Shown: positions 49,072 through 61,281 of the stretch, one piece after another
Layout: each line of letters begins with the position of its first letter
Numbering within the stretch: the stretch's first letter is position 1
Notes under the pieces: generated by a model
Told to the model about the DNA's origin: nothing
What the model saw: the letters and a program-made list of their open reading frames with translations, nothing else
The model's database searches: none
NCBI RefSeq assembly: GCF_000143415.4
Contig: NW_003314275.1
Location: forward strand, 1,555,955 to 1,619,954
Direction of reading: 5' to 3'
Length of the DNA: 64,000 nucleotides
Source: Selaginella moellendorffii
Lineage: Eukaryota; Plantae; Lycopodiophyta
Made by a program: the position numbers and the translations under genes

Positions 49072-50692
49072 TTACATGGAAGCGAGGCACGAGCGAAGGG
49101 ATTTGGCTTCCTCCTGGTGCCGGAGACGTTCCAAGGCGCTCGCCTCGTACCTCCTCACCATCTCCTGCGACATGTTTAGCCTTCTTCCCACCTCTCGCAG
49201 CGATTTCACCGCAAGAGCTCCATCTTCCAGCCCGTATCGGTGCTGCAACACCATCCTCTCCTTGTCTTTCAATCGCTGGAGCTGCAAGTTTTCCAATCGA
49301 GTTAGATACTTGAGAGGAGATTCTTGCTGCTTGCTTGCTTACCGCTGTGACGATTTCTTCTCGGACCTCCGAGCTCTCCGAGACAATGTCGCCGGTCTCT
49401 GGCAAGTACTCGAGAAACTCCTCGTCGGTGCCTCGCACAGTCTCGTTGAGCGAGCGAACTCGAAAGTTGCTGTAGTAGTATATGTTCCAGAACTGGACTG
49501 GATCCAATCCAGTCCTCTCCATCACTTCCTCGTCGCTGGGATTTCTCCCCAGCTCCACCCGGAGCTCTCGTCTCGCCTTTCGGATCTCCACCTTTTTCTG
49601 GAGAAGCAAACCACGATTCAGTCTCGCAAGCAAGAGAAAACAGAGAAAAAAAGAGATGTATCTGTTGTTACCGCTGCGAAGCTGAAAGGCAGGCGAATCA
49701 CTTGACCAGTTCTCGTGATGGCTCTCACTATCGCGGTTCGTATCCAAAAGATAGCGTACGTGGAGAAGCGAGTACCTTTGCCGGGATTGAAGTGATCCAT
49801 AGCATCAATCAGACCTTTGACACCTTCTTGACACAAATCTTCCAGAGAGAAACTCCCCGCGTCACGCTCGTATCTTCTAGCCAAGAACAGCACCAGCCGG
49901 CAGTTGTGCTGGAGAAAGAAGAAAGAAATAAGAAAGAGTTAAGATGATCGATCGAGAAGAACTTGCCTCGATCAACTTGTTTTGCGCGGCTTCGCCGAGT
50001 TGGAGCCGGCGTCGCAAGGTTCTAAAGTCCGTATTTGCTGTCGTAGCCCACTCGTCGTCGCTGGGCTCTCTACGTAGAACTCGTCGTAGCTCACTTCTTA
50101 CTTGGTGTAAGTGCTGTGAAGAAGAACAAATATAAGCTGCGAAGAACCGAAAGAGAGAGAATACCTTCACTGGAGTCAGGAGCTCCACTAGCTCGATTTC
50201 TTCTTGCGATGTCAAGTAGCGGTGATGGAGATTTCGCCAATCCACTGGCTTGACACCAAACGACGATCGTATGAGCTCCTCGGATTCATCCGACCAAAGA
50301 TCCCCTCCATTTGACGGTGTGCTCGATGATCCTCCAGTAGCTCGATCGGTCCTCTTCCTTGAAACCCTATCTCCCCTCTTCGCAAATCCCTCCTCGCTGC
50401 CATCGGGACCACTGGTACTGACCTGATTGAAAGCGTCCTCCAGCGCAGCCACCGCATTCTTGATCTGCCGCGCCGGCCCGGCCTGATAATCCGCGGCCTC
50501 GATCGATTGCGAGGAGCGCGTCAATCCAGCAGCACCAATCTTGGAGACCCGCCGCCGCCGCCGACGCTGCTTGCTCTGATTAAGCTCTAGATCGTTAGAT
50601 ACCTCCAGAAATCTACCTGGCGCGAGGAGCTTGGACCGCGATTCCAGAAAGCTGGAAGGAGAAGGGTGTAGCCATAGCCCCATTCTCTCCAT
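49072..50692 (-). CDS. SIG5: Nucleus-encoded plastid RNA polymerase sigma-70 factor, SIG5/SIGE-like (5 exons, one GC-AG intron at 49909-49966)
   Basis: Region 2 NKLIE|HNCRLVLFLA..EDLCQEGVKGLIDA.D.F.P.KG.RFSTYAIFWIR; region 4 ERMVL..RYGL..SL.EVG..LNMSQEMVRRYE..AL. The DLCQ, RLVLF and EMVR residues point to the SIG5 clade. Confidence 0.75.
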
Positions 50693-50763
50693 TGCTCACA
50701 CTTCCCTCTTTTCTCTCGAAACCACAAGAGCAGAACTATTCCCGGTATATTCTCTCCTCAATA

Positions 50764-50773
50764 GCCACGTGGC
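50764..50773. promoter_or_regulatory. Perfect palindromic G-box GCCACGTGGC ~70 bp upstream of the sigma-factor ATG
   Basis: Direct motif match. Confidence 0.6.
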
Positions 50774-51945
50774 AAACTCCAAACCTCAATTTTAGCGGGG
50801 AAATTTAGGGCTCTTCGTTACCTTTAAACTTCCCTATGGCTGCGATTTGGCAGTGTGTTTTCTTTGACGTTCTAGAAAGCGCATGACAATCCAGACAAGT
50901 TATCCATAGCCATGCACGATTGGACGTGAAAGGAAGCCTAGAAAAAGGTGACGGACCAACTACCAACCCCATAAAATAGTTGAAGAAAAAAAATGTTCAA
51001 AGGAAGGTAGTGGTTACACGTTTTGGATTTCATTGTCCACATTCGTGCAGACAGGGCTTGTGAGACTACTGTTGTGGAAGATGAAAAGCCAACTTTGTGA
51101 TAAGCTAATGTTTTCGTAAAGTTTAATGTTCAATAAATCATAAAAACGCCATGTGATCCTCCAGAAGAAGTTCCCGAAATTCATACAAAACAACAAACAA
51201 ACACCAAAGAGGTCTCTTCCGGAATCCACCGCCAAACAGGCACCAAACTAAAGCAAGAAAAGACACCAAAACCAGCTTTTTTTTTTAGAATCTCGAGCTG
51301 TGGAGGTTGTGGCCATCGCGATTTCTGGCAATCGTGCAACAGATTCAACGGCAACAAAAGCTATGCGAGGGTTTTGCATTGGTTGTTTGTAATTTGTAAT
51401 AACTTGGCCCGAGAGCGGGTCGTTTTTTTCAACGGAAGCATGTGTTGGTTTGTGTGTCATGCTTTTAGTGTGCCCTTCATGAAATCGGTTGGAAAAAAAA
51501 AAAAAACTGTAGATAGCTGCGACGGTTTGATTTGATCTTACTCCTCCCACTTCTCGGCAGTTGATTTATCCTACCAAAATTTAATAAAAAGGAACAAAAT
51601 AAAAAAGGAGAAAGCGAGCTGCAAGGCAGCTTTATTATTTACATCTCTTGAAAAAAAGCAGCAGTGAAGCAGAGCAGTGCACATTGTTGCTATAAGTGCA
51701 CTTGCACTTGCACTTGAAATTTACAGGCATTATAAATTCGAGTCCTTGCCTTGGAGGTGGAGCAAGCAGGCAGCAGCATCAAAACGAAGTTTTTCGTGTT
51801 CCTGCTGTGGAGGAACCAATTGTTCCTCATCTCTTTTCTCTGATCAGGGGGAAAGAGCCTCTTTTTTCTTCTTGTTAGTCAGTTGGTCATTACCAAGAAA
51901 AAACTTTGAGAGAACTTTGAATTTCTGATAGTTTTTGTTTGTGAG

Positions 51946-53166
51946 ATGGCTACTATGTCTGCTGCTTTGCTGCTGCTTGCTGCCTTGAGTGGCTGCACTT
52001 TCGATTTGGCTCAAGCCACTCCAGTGAAGAAGGATGAAATGATCAAATGGGAACCAGCCACTGCAACATGGTATGGAAGTCCCAATGGAGCTGGAACTGA
52101 TGGTACAATGCAATCACACCCAATAACAAATTTATTGAGAATTGTACAATCATCAGGAAATGATTTCTAAGAAAGAACTAGAAGAGTGTGTCGAGTTAGA
52201 ATGTTATAACTCGTGATTTTTCTCAATGCTTTCTTTCTTTTCTTTTTTTGAAGGTGGAGCTTGTGGATATGGAAGCCTGCCCAACACACCCTATGGCTCA
52301 GATGTAGGTGCTGGGAGCCCAATTCTTTTCATGAATGGAATTGGCTGTGGAACTTGTTTTGAGGTAATCTATCATGAGTTTCTTCGCTCTTCTTTCTTTC
52401 TCTGTTTTTTCAAGTTTCCCTGTAGTATCAATCTATTGAATGCATCAAATCAATCGATCATTCTCATGACAATGTGGCTATCCAAATCCATGTAGGTGAA
52501 GTGCGTCGACGGGCAGCTCTGCTCGCCTCAGCCCGTCAACGTGGTCATCACTGACGAGTGTCCCGGAGGCTACTGCTCGGGAGGAAGAACACACTTTGAT
52601 CTCAGTGGCACTGCCTTTGGAAAGATGGCCAGCGGCAGCGCAAACATCCAGCACCTCCTCGCCGCGGGAGTTCTCAATGTTCTCTACAGACGGTAAGCCT
52701 GACTCTGAGATTATTCCTGGAATATTTGAGGAATCTCTTCCCAATTTCAGTGCTCCATGCATCTACAAGAGCCAGGGCGTCGTGTTCCAGGTCGCCGATG
52801 GCTCCACACCCTTTTGGTTTGAGACAGTTATCAGATATCTGGATGGTCCGGGAGATCTCGCGACAGTCGAGCTCCAACAGGTAATCACCTTTTGCAAAGA
52901 AATTCCAAAGTTTTTGGCAAAGAGATTGAGAACTAATGGAACTTTTGTAGTTTGGGTCTTCTGCTTGGCAGCCGATGAGCCAAGTTTGGGGGGCAAACTG
53001 GTGCCTGAACGCAGGTGGCGGCACGCCTTTGAGAGCTCCATTTTCGATTCGGCTCACGGCACTTCAAACCGGAGAGAAGATTATCGCCCACAATGTCATT
53101 CCTGCGAATTGGGCACCCCAACACAGCTATTCCACTGGTGTCAACTTTGACACGCGCAATTATTGA
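51946..53166 (+). CDS. EXPB: Beta-expansin (EXPB), 5 exons
   Basis: Signal peptide; ATATWYGSP.GAG.DGGACGYG, GCGTCFEVKC, VITDECPGGYC..GRTHFDLSGTAFG.MA, WQPM.QVWGANW, APFSIRLT, NVIPANW. Confidence 0.93.
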
Positions 53167-54344
53167 CGAGAGTACTCAGGGGCTTCTGTAGTGTGTGAAA
53201 AAATGCCACACTCGGGCCAATGAAAATTTAAATAAAAGTTTGAAAAGAAGTGTCACTCGTTTCTCCAGATGCATGTTTCATGCCCTATGACAATTTGCCC
53301 AGTCTTAGATGGTTCAATGCACAAAACATACAGAAGTCCACACTGTCCAAAATTTTAGTTGTTGGTCCAGATAGCTTTTCGATTTTCATCATAAACTACA
53401 AGGTTGCAGTCTAATTGTAACCTTAAGTAACATCTTTTTACCAATCCCCAAGATAAAGTACAAAGTTACAATCGGTTTGCATCTGGAGAAAGTAAGATCC
53501 ATCTGGAGGTTCAAGATAACCATCAGCGTCAATACGTGAGATATCTGCATCATCACCCGCACTTCGCAAGCAAGACTTATAAACCAACAATCAGGTATAT
53601 GTTCATCACCAGGATAATCTTTAAGCTCCATAACACTCTGAGCTTGTGGATTATCAAGGCTTGTAGTGATCTCGCAACAGATTTTGAATATGATGCTTCC
53701 TCATACACAGTGTGCCTGATCAAGATCCCGTTAGTACCGTAGTTTAGAATTGCGATGGGGTGGTTGCAAGAACATTAAAAAGCCCATCATCAGCCTTGTG
53801 CCAAGCCTCTGGACAAGCCCCAGCGATGGAAAAAATGTACCCAAGAGAAACTCCCCGAAAGGACTCATCGACGTTTCGGAGACAATGAGGGTTATGGAGA
53901 CCTTGCGGCCTTCGACTTCCATGCTATCTGCGAATGTTAGCCCAACCGAATACATCTGGAACCTGGAGATGTTCTTGATGATTTTCACAATGCCTTATGG
54001 ATTTTTTCGGAATAGCCAGTGAAACACATCTGGTGAAGATTAGCTAGAGCAACAACAGTAGCAGTGGTTCTCATTGTCTTTTGATCCTAGACTTGTACAA
54101 GAAGAGAGCCATTTTCTATACCTCTCTCTTTCTTAATGTCTTCCATTCTGCCGAGAAAGTCTGTTGCCAATGTTGGATTATAAAAGAAAAACGAGGGACT
54201 TTATGGCAGCTGCCAGGTGGCATTTTGTAACTGTGCCACGTGTAATAAAGACCTTGAACGCCACGTCAGAAGGTTGACCTTGTTTTTAAAAATGTGAGTG
54301 AGCCCTAGCACAGGAAACACCACAGGGCGGCTTTTTGTCTCGCC

Positions 54345-56876
54345 ATGGCGAGCTTGGCACACCAATGCGCGTCTCGTCTCGATTGTAGATCCAGGATCGA
54401 GCGAATCGGCGCCCTTTCTAGCATCCCTGGAGCTAATCCAAGCAGGATCGCAAGAACCAGGGGGCGGATCTGTGGAGCGATCGCCAGCAGCGGCACCGGT
54501 GGCGCTTCCGCTGCCCTTAGGGAGAAGCCGGCGCTCGAGATGGAGGCTAGCGCGCTGTGGGAGAGGTATGTGGAGTGGCTCTACCAGCACAAGGAGCTCG
54601 GCTTGTACGTGGATGTGAGCCGGATGGGATTTAGCGATGGCTTTGTCATAGCGATGGAGGAGAGGTTTGCAAAGGCTTTCAAGGACATGGAGAAGCTCGA
54701 AGGCGGTGGTATCTCCAATCCGGACGAGAAAAGAATGGTTGGCCACTACTGGCTGAGAAACTCCGAGCTTGCTCCAAGCTACTATCTGAAGAAGCAAATC
54801 GATGAGACGCTCGAGGGAGTGAAGGCTTTCGCTGGAGATGTTATCAGCGGTAAGGTAAAGCTTCTTTGATCGATCCATCGATCGAGTTCTTTCGTACACG
54901 TTCTTCTAGTTCTCATACTGTGATCTTTACTTTGCGAGCAGATCAAGCCACCACCATGCCCAGCGGGAAAATTCACGCATGTTTTGTCGATTGGAATTGG
55001 AGGCTCCGCGTTAGGACCTCAGTTTGTGGCCGAAGCCTTGGCACCTGATAATCCTCCTCTTGAGGTGATTAATTTGTAAAGCTCGGTTTTTATTTTTATT
55101 TTATTTCTTTTTATTTCTTTATTTTTTTTGCTAGTGCTTGACTTTGTTTCGCTGCACAGATCAGGTTCATTGATAATACCGATCCCGCTGGTATCGATCA
55201 CCAAATTTCTCAGCTCGGTGCCAAGTTATCGTCTACTTTAGTGATTGTTATCTCGAAGGTATACTAGATGTTTTTCCAGTTTAGAAGTTTCCTTTTTACT
55301 TTATTGCATGTATTCTTCTTGCATACAGAGTGGTGGTACTCCAGAGACACGCAATGGCTTGTTGGAAGTCCAGAAGGCTTTCCGGGAGAAGGGACTTGAC
55401 TTTCCAAAGCAGGCTGTGGCGATCACTCAAGAAAAATCCTTGCTTGACACCACCGCTCGCAGTGAGGGCTGGCTTGCAAGGTTTCCAATGTTCGACTGGG
55501 TTGGGGGGAGAACTTCTGAATTATCAGCCGTGGGACTTCTTCCAGCTGCGCTTCAGGTGCGTGTTGAAGTTTAACTTGATAGCGTGCTAGCGTGGTCGTT
55601 TCTTTTCAGGGCATCAACGTGGACGATATGCTTTATGGTGCGGCATTGATGGACAAGGCCACGAGAAAGCAATCGGTGAGCTCTTTTAGTATTTTCTCCA
55701 TGCAAACTTATTTTGTTTCTGTTTTGCTGTGTTTTTAGATTAAAGAGAACCCCGCTGCTTTGCTAGCACTTTGCTGGTATTGGGCCTCGAATGGTATTGG
55801 ATCCAAAGACATGGTTGTTCTTCCCTACAAAGACAGCTTGCTCTTGTTTAGTCGCTACTTACAGCAGTTGGTGATGGAGTCTCTTGGCAAAGAACTCGAC
55901 TTAGACGGGAATTTGGTACCTATAAAAACTCTCCTTTTTTTCTTCCTTCTTTCTAGTTGTGACAAGTGTCTCCTGTGAAGGTAAATCAAGGATTAAGTGT
56001 GTACGGGAACAAAGGCAGCACAGATCAACACGCGTAAGTTTTGTCTTTTTTTCTTAAAAGGGAGTTGACGCTTGATCTCTCTCAGATACATTCAACAGCT
56101 TAGAGAGGGTGTTTCAAATTTTTTTGCAACTTTTATAGAGGTTCTTCGGGACAGACCTCCGGGCCATGACTGGGAGCTTGAGCCTGGCGTAACTTGTGGT
56201 GACTACCTGTTTGGTATGCTTCAGGTAAGAGTATTTCCTCATGAAAATCTTCTAAGCTGATATCTTTGGAGCATTTTCAGGGGACCAGATCCGCTCTTTA
56301 TGCAAACAAGAGGGAATCCATCACAGTGACTGTGCAAGAAGTCAATGCTCGGACTATCGGTGCGCTGATAGCGCTGTATGAGCGAGCAGTCGGCCTCTAT
56401 GCGAGCTTGGTAAACATTAACGCGTATCATCAACCAGGTAAGCTTTCTTCTGGGCGAATTGATCAAATCAGTGTGTGCCGCAGGCGTCGAGGCAGGAAAG
56501 AAAGCAGCGGCAGACGTATTGGCCTTGCAAAAGAGAGTTCTTGCGGTTTTAAACGAGGCCAGGTTTGCAATGAAGGAAATCTTCTGTTTGGCAGACTTTG
56601 TAAATGCTTTCTTGCTTGCAGCTGCAAGGAACCAGCCGAGCCACTTGCAGTAGAAACTATTGCACAGTTATGCCAAGCTCCAAACCAGGTAAAAAATCTC
56701 ATTTTTTTCCTCTTGCATAGGCAAACAAGGTACTCCCACAGGTTGAAATGATTTACAAGATTGTGTTGCATATGGCTGCGAACGATAGAGCCTTGTTTGC
56801 CGAGGGCAGCCGCGGCTCGCCCCGGAGCTTGAAAGTCTACACTGGAGAGTGCAATGTGGAGGAGCTATACGACTAG
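54345..56876 (+). CDS. PGI1: Plastid glucose-6-phosphate isomerase, multi-exon
   Basis: Transit peptide; [115 protein letters not shown]. Confidence 0.96.
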
Positions 56877-57132
56877 AAGATTAGAAAGGGAAGAAACGGA
56901 GAACACTGAAATAAGATACTCGCGACAGGGAGAATAAGCTCTACGAGCTACGTAGACTACATATTTTTTCGTATCGACACAGAACAACACTCTAAAACAG
57001 CGATCTCGACCATTCAAACAAAAGGTCGAAGATACCATGTAAATAAATACTTTGACACTGATTTCAAGCTTCTCTCGAAAACAAACGAGAAAAAGAATCA
57101 AGTTTTTCGCTGGACATTACCATAATGAAAAT

Positions 57133-57204
57133 GGAGGTATGGCTCAGCGGTAGAGCAATCGGCTGCAGTCCGATAGGTCACCAGTTCGATCCTGGTTGCC
57201 TCCT
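57133..57204 (+). tRNA. tRNA-Cys (GCA)
   Basis: Full cloverleaf: acceptor GGAGGTA/TGCCTCC plus U73, D arm GCTC/GAGC, anticodon arm ATCGG-CTGCAGT-CCGAT, T arm ACCAG-TTCGATC-CTGGT. Confidence 0.95.
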
Positions 57205-57392
57205 CTTCCAGTTTGAAATTCAACAAAACTTAGAGATATATAACTTCTCGGTTGGTGGTATTAGCTACAATTTGACCGATCATTTTTTGAAACTCAGCTC
57301 TGTGGTTCATGCTTTAGAAAGGCCCTTCAAGGACCATGTAGATAGATCTTCTTCACAAGAAAAATAAATGGTTGAACACCTTTGCTGTGATC

Positions 57393-58304
57393 CTATGCTT
57401 CGTCTTCCTCTTCCAGCACATAAGTTGGCGATTGGGTCCGGATTTGCGAGCCGGGAACCGTCTCACTCAACTGGAACGATCCCGCAACCGGTTGATCGCT
57501 ACTTCCCAGCTGCTGGTACCTCGAGATTTGCGAAGAGTCGCTGCCGCCGCCAGCTTTGTGAAAGAACGCATAAGTTGGCAGCACCACCGCGAGGATCATG
57601 GCCAGATGCAAGTTAAACTGGAGCGTCGCGATCGCCTTGCCTCTGTGCAATGCCATCGTCCCTTTGCAGTGAACTGCGTAGTCGCCCTCGCCGTTTTGAT
57701 CCAGCCAGCACCCCTGAGACATCCCCCTGGACGAGAAGATTGAGCTGGCCATCTGGAAGAACCAAGTCCCCTGGAGGATCAATCCCAAGCTCTGTATGAA
57801 ACGCAGCAGCTCGCTGCGGGGGTAGCAAATCCTGAGAAGCGTCGACAGCAAACACACGCCGATCGGGACGAGGAGGAGCCGATGGTATTGCCCCTGGACG
57901 CCGCTGCCATCGTCTTCCTTGAGATAGAAGAGGAAGAACTCCAATCCAAATGCCGTCACTGCGAGGAGCCGCAAAATCTCTTTTGGGAGCGGCAAAATCC
58001 TGGTCTTCTCCTTGAGGATCGCGGCGAGGGAGTAGACGAGGAACATAGAGGCCGTGCCCGAGGATTCCAGCGCCATGGCCGACGCCACCGGGTAGCCGCG
58101 CCGCCAGTCCCGGTGGGACGCGAGAAAGCTCCCTAGAATGTGGAACGAGGCCAGGAACGCGACGAAGACCGATTGGAGGTCGCAATGCCGGATCGATCTG
58201 TGCTGCTGCTTACCGGGATCCACTGGAGTGGAATTGGCAACCAGGCGCCATAGGCCGATCCCTAGGAAGCCCGCTCCCGTCGCAGCCATGCCCTCCCATC
58301 CCAT
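57393..58304 (-). CDS. TMEM45 / DUF716 family membrane protein, intronless
   Basis: G.GFL.IGLW, FGLEFFLFY, QYH.LL..PI, LQGTWFFQM, GC..C....HRGKAIATLQFN.HLA. Confidence 0.88.
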   Translation of the reverse strand: MGWEGMAATGAGFLGIGLWRLVANSTPVDPGKQQHRSIRHCDLQSVFVAFLASFHILGSFLASHRDWRRGYPVASAMALESSGTASMFLVYSLAAILKEKTRILPLPKEILRLLAVTAFGLEFFLFYLKEDDGSGVQGQYHRLLLVPIGVCLLSTLLRICYPRSELLRFIQSLGLILQGTWFFQMASSIFSSRGMSQGCWLDQNGEGDYAVHCKGTMALHRGKAIATLQFNLHLAMILAVVLPTYAFFHKAGGGSDSSQISRYQQLGSSDQPVAGSFQLSETVPGSQIRTQSPTYVLEEEDEA

Positions 58305-58817
58305 AGCTCGAAGTGTTTGACCTAAATAAATTTCAGTTTGTTTTTATTTGCTATAATACACCCTTTATTGTTAAAACTTATACAAAGTAAGAAAAATGTA
58401 TCTTTGGTAGTTTCAAATTGTGTGTGCTAGTGGAAAGGGGCGCTAGCAATCCACTAGAACGATTGATTGATGCATGGCTTGGAGAGTGGGGACCTTTTTC
58501 CAAATTTGATGGCCTTTTTTTTCCAGTCACTGGTTTTCCATTAATAATCTCAATATTAAGCCTCTTATTTATGTAAAAAGGCCTGATAAACTTTATAAAA
58601 CAAAAAATAGAATTCTCTAAAAAGAAAGAACACTTTAGCTATACATGAGAATTTGTCCTAAAACACTAAAACTTTCAGAGTGACCCCAGAGTGTTCTTGG
58701 GGCCAGCTGATCTTCCGCAAGGTTGTGGAAGTCATCGCAGATATCTCCTCGCGACTGGAGATGTCTGCGGATGTAACTACAACATCATTCTCTGAATTGG
58801 GTCTTGAGAGGAGACAG

Positions 58818-59018
58818 TTAATATTCAAATGTGCAGATATGTTTTGATTCTGCCGCGAGAGTCACTTCTTGCCATGTGATGGAAGCATAAAAGTCACGCC
58901 AAGGGAAAAAATGAGGATTCTTTCTACCCCCACCGTGCCCGTCAAAACTCTGGCTCGAACACAAGATTAAAGACAGCAAACAAAGGAGCAAGGTGAAAAC
59001 CAAAACCCGAGATTCCAT
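58818..59018 (-). CDS. Putative small secreted peptide precursor (may be spliced and extend further)
   Basis: MESRVLVFTLLLCLLSLILCSSQS is a clear signal peptide; no mature motif recognised. Confidence 0.4.
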   Translation of the reverse strand: MESRVLVFTLLLCLLSLILCSSQSFDGHGGGRKNPHFFPWRDFYASITWQEVTLAAESKHICTFEY

Positions 59019-59240
59019 AAACTTTTCTCTCGAGTTTTTTTGAAAGAGAGAAGCGAACCTTTAATCCCGCGATACTCTTCTCGGACGTTCAGACCTAGCA
59101 ATCAAAATGACGTCATCTTCATGGCCTCGTCTCTCTTTTAAGTAAGCGAAACAAACAAAGTGGCTATGGGGGAGATTTTTACTCTGTTCGCGTGTGAATC
59201 CTCAGCGAGCGAGCGCGAAGATAGCGATTGATCACACTCC

Positions 59241-61281
59241 ATGGCGTTCACTGCTCGAGCTTGGAGAGTGGCACCCTTCATCTTTGGTACCAAATTGATG
59301 CTTGGATAGATTTTGGGTCTTTTCCTTTCCTCTAGCCTCTTGAGTGTGGACTCTCCACGGTCTTGATCATTGTTACATTCTTCTTCTCATGGTTTTGATA
59401 CATCGTCTTGATTTGTGATTTGATTTCTTCTTTTGCAGCGGTGGTGACGCTCGAACAGGCAGCTTCTTTGTCAATTGGGATCAATCTCTTCACGTTTGCA
59501 TTCAACACTGAGCATTTCAGCCTCGCCACTGCTGCCAACATTGTGACCAACTTCATGGGAACGATGTTTCTCCTCACGCTCCTTGGAGGGCTTGTCGCAG
59601 ATCTCTGGTGGAGTCGGTTCAAGACGATCGTCGTCTCTGGCGTCCTGGAAATCCTGGTAAAGATCTCTCTCTTATCTCCATTTCTCGGATTTCCAAAACA
59701 AAAACAAAAATACATAGTACCTACTTGATGACGATGCGATTTTCTGCGCAGGGGATTCTTCTCGTGGCGCTCGCAGCATCTATAAAATCTCTCACTCCAC
59801 CCGAATGCCAGCTTCTAGATGCTTCCTGCAAGAGCGCAACCTCTTCCCAAAAGGCTGTGTTCTTCGGAGGACTCTACCTTCTAGCTCTTGGAGCCGGAGG
59901 TGTCAAAGCCAACATCGCGACCATGGGAGCTGTCCACTTCGACGAGAACTCGCCCGTGGAGAAGAAAGAACTGGGGACGTACTTCAACACGTACTTCATC
60001 CTTTTCTGCATCGGAGCGCTCATCGCGATCACGGCACTCGTCTACACGCAAGAAAACGTCTCCTTCGAAGTTGGCTATCTCATCGCGCTTGGATGCATGG
60101 TATTGGGCGTGATCGTCGCTGCCGCTGGCTATCCACTCTACCAACACAACTCACCCCAAAGTCCAGTCACAAGCTTCGCCCAAGTTGTTGTGGCCGCGTT
60201 TAGGAACCGCAAGCTTCCAGTTTCGTCCCCGGAAGTTCTCCATCTGGGTCCTCTCGATGACTCAAAGACTGGCTACAGGATCGAGCACACGGACCAGTTC
60301 ACGTAAGATTTTGAGATTCACCTCGATATAGTGATCAATCGTCTTTGTAACCATGGCAGCTTCTTGGATCGAGCAGCCATCGTGGACTATAACTCTCCCC
60401 CGACCGCACAAACCAGCCCTTGGAAGCTGTGCACGGTGACACAGGTCGAGGAGGTGAAGCTCATCCTGCGAATCCTCCCGATCTTCACGAGCACCATCGT
60501 TTTGAACTGCGTCATCGCTCAAGTCCAGACAGTAACACTCCAGCAAGGCCGGACGATGGATCGAAGGATCACCAAGAGCTTCGAGATACCTCCGGCGTCG
60601 GTGGCAGCGCTCCCGGTCGTATTCATGATCATAGCTCTCCCAATCTACGACCGGATCTTCGTGCCAGTCGCGCGGCGAGTCACGGGTCACGAGAGCGGGA
60701 TCACGTACTTGCAAAGGATCTCCGTGGGCTTGCTTCTGGCGATCGCGAGTATGGTGGTGGCGGCGCTGGTGGAGAAGAAGCGCATCCGCGTCGCTCGGGA
60801 GTTTGGGCTCCTCGATTCGCCCACCGCGAGGGTGCCGCTCAAGATCTACTGGATCATGATCCAGTACTTCATCATTGGGCTGGCGGACATGTTCACATTC
60901 GTGGGTCTCATGGAGTTTTTCTACCGCGAGGCCCCCGAGAGAGTTCGCAGCATGTCCACGGCGCTGACCTTTGTCTCCCTCTCCCTGGGCTACTTCTTGA
61001 GCTCCACCATTGTGGATATTGTGAAGAGGGTTACTACAAAAGGTGGCGGGCTCGGGTGGCTGCCAAGCAACATCAACAGGGGTAACATCAGCAACTTCTA
61101 CCTGCTGCTTGCAAGCATCAGCGCCGTCAACTTCGTGGTGTATGTGGCCTGTGCGAGGTGGTACAGGTATAGAAATCACGGTGATGCTGATTTGGCATTG
61201 GATCGTGATGTTAAGTTAGAGGATGGACCATCAAAAGTTACGGATATTGGTACTGTGAGCAAGAGGCCCTTGATGGCCTAG
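59241..61281 (+). CDS. NRT1/PTR (NPF) family transporter, NPF4-like, 4 exons
   Basis: AANIVTNFMGTMFLLTLLGG.VAD, GLYLLALGAGGVKAN, FLDRAA, WKLCTVTQVEEVK, TMDR....FEIPPAS, LQRISVGL, ADMFTFVGLMEFFY.EAP. Confidence 0.93.

Noticed and set aside
53845-53880. GATGAGTCC..GAAAC resemblance to a hammerhead ribozyme
   Set aside because: No CUGAUGA core, and GAAA is not positioned after stem II on either strand
57205-57290. Dicistronic tRNA-snoRNA in the long trailer before the first T-run
   Set aside because: No box C/D or H/ACA motifs, and the trailer is partly deleted in the duplicate
58674-58796. Box C/D snoRNA, U1/U11 or U3 assignment for the structured segment
   Set aside because: Box C is imperfect, the CUGA is buried in the terminal stem, and there is no Sm site or diagnostic 5' sequence
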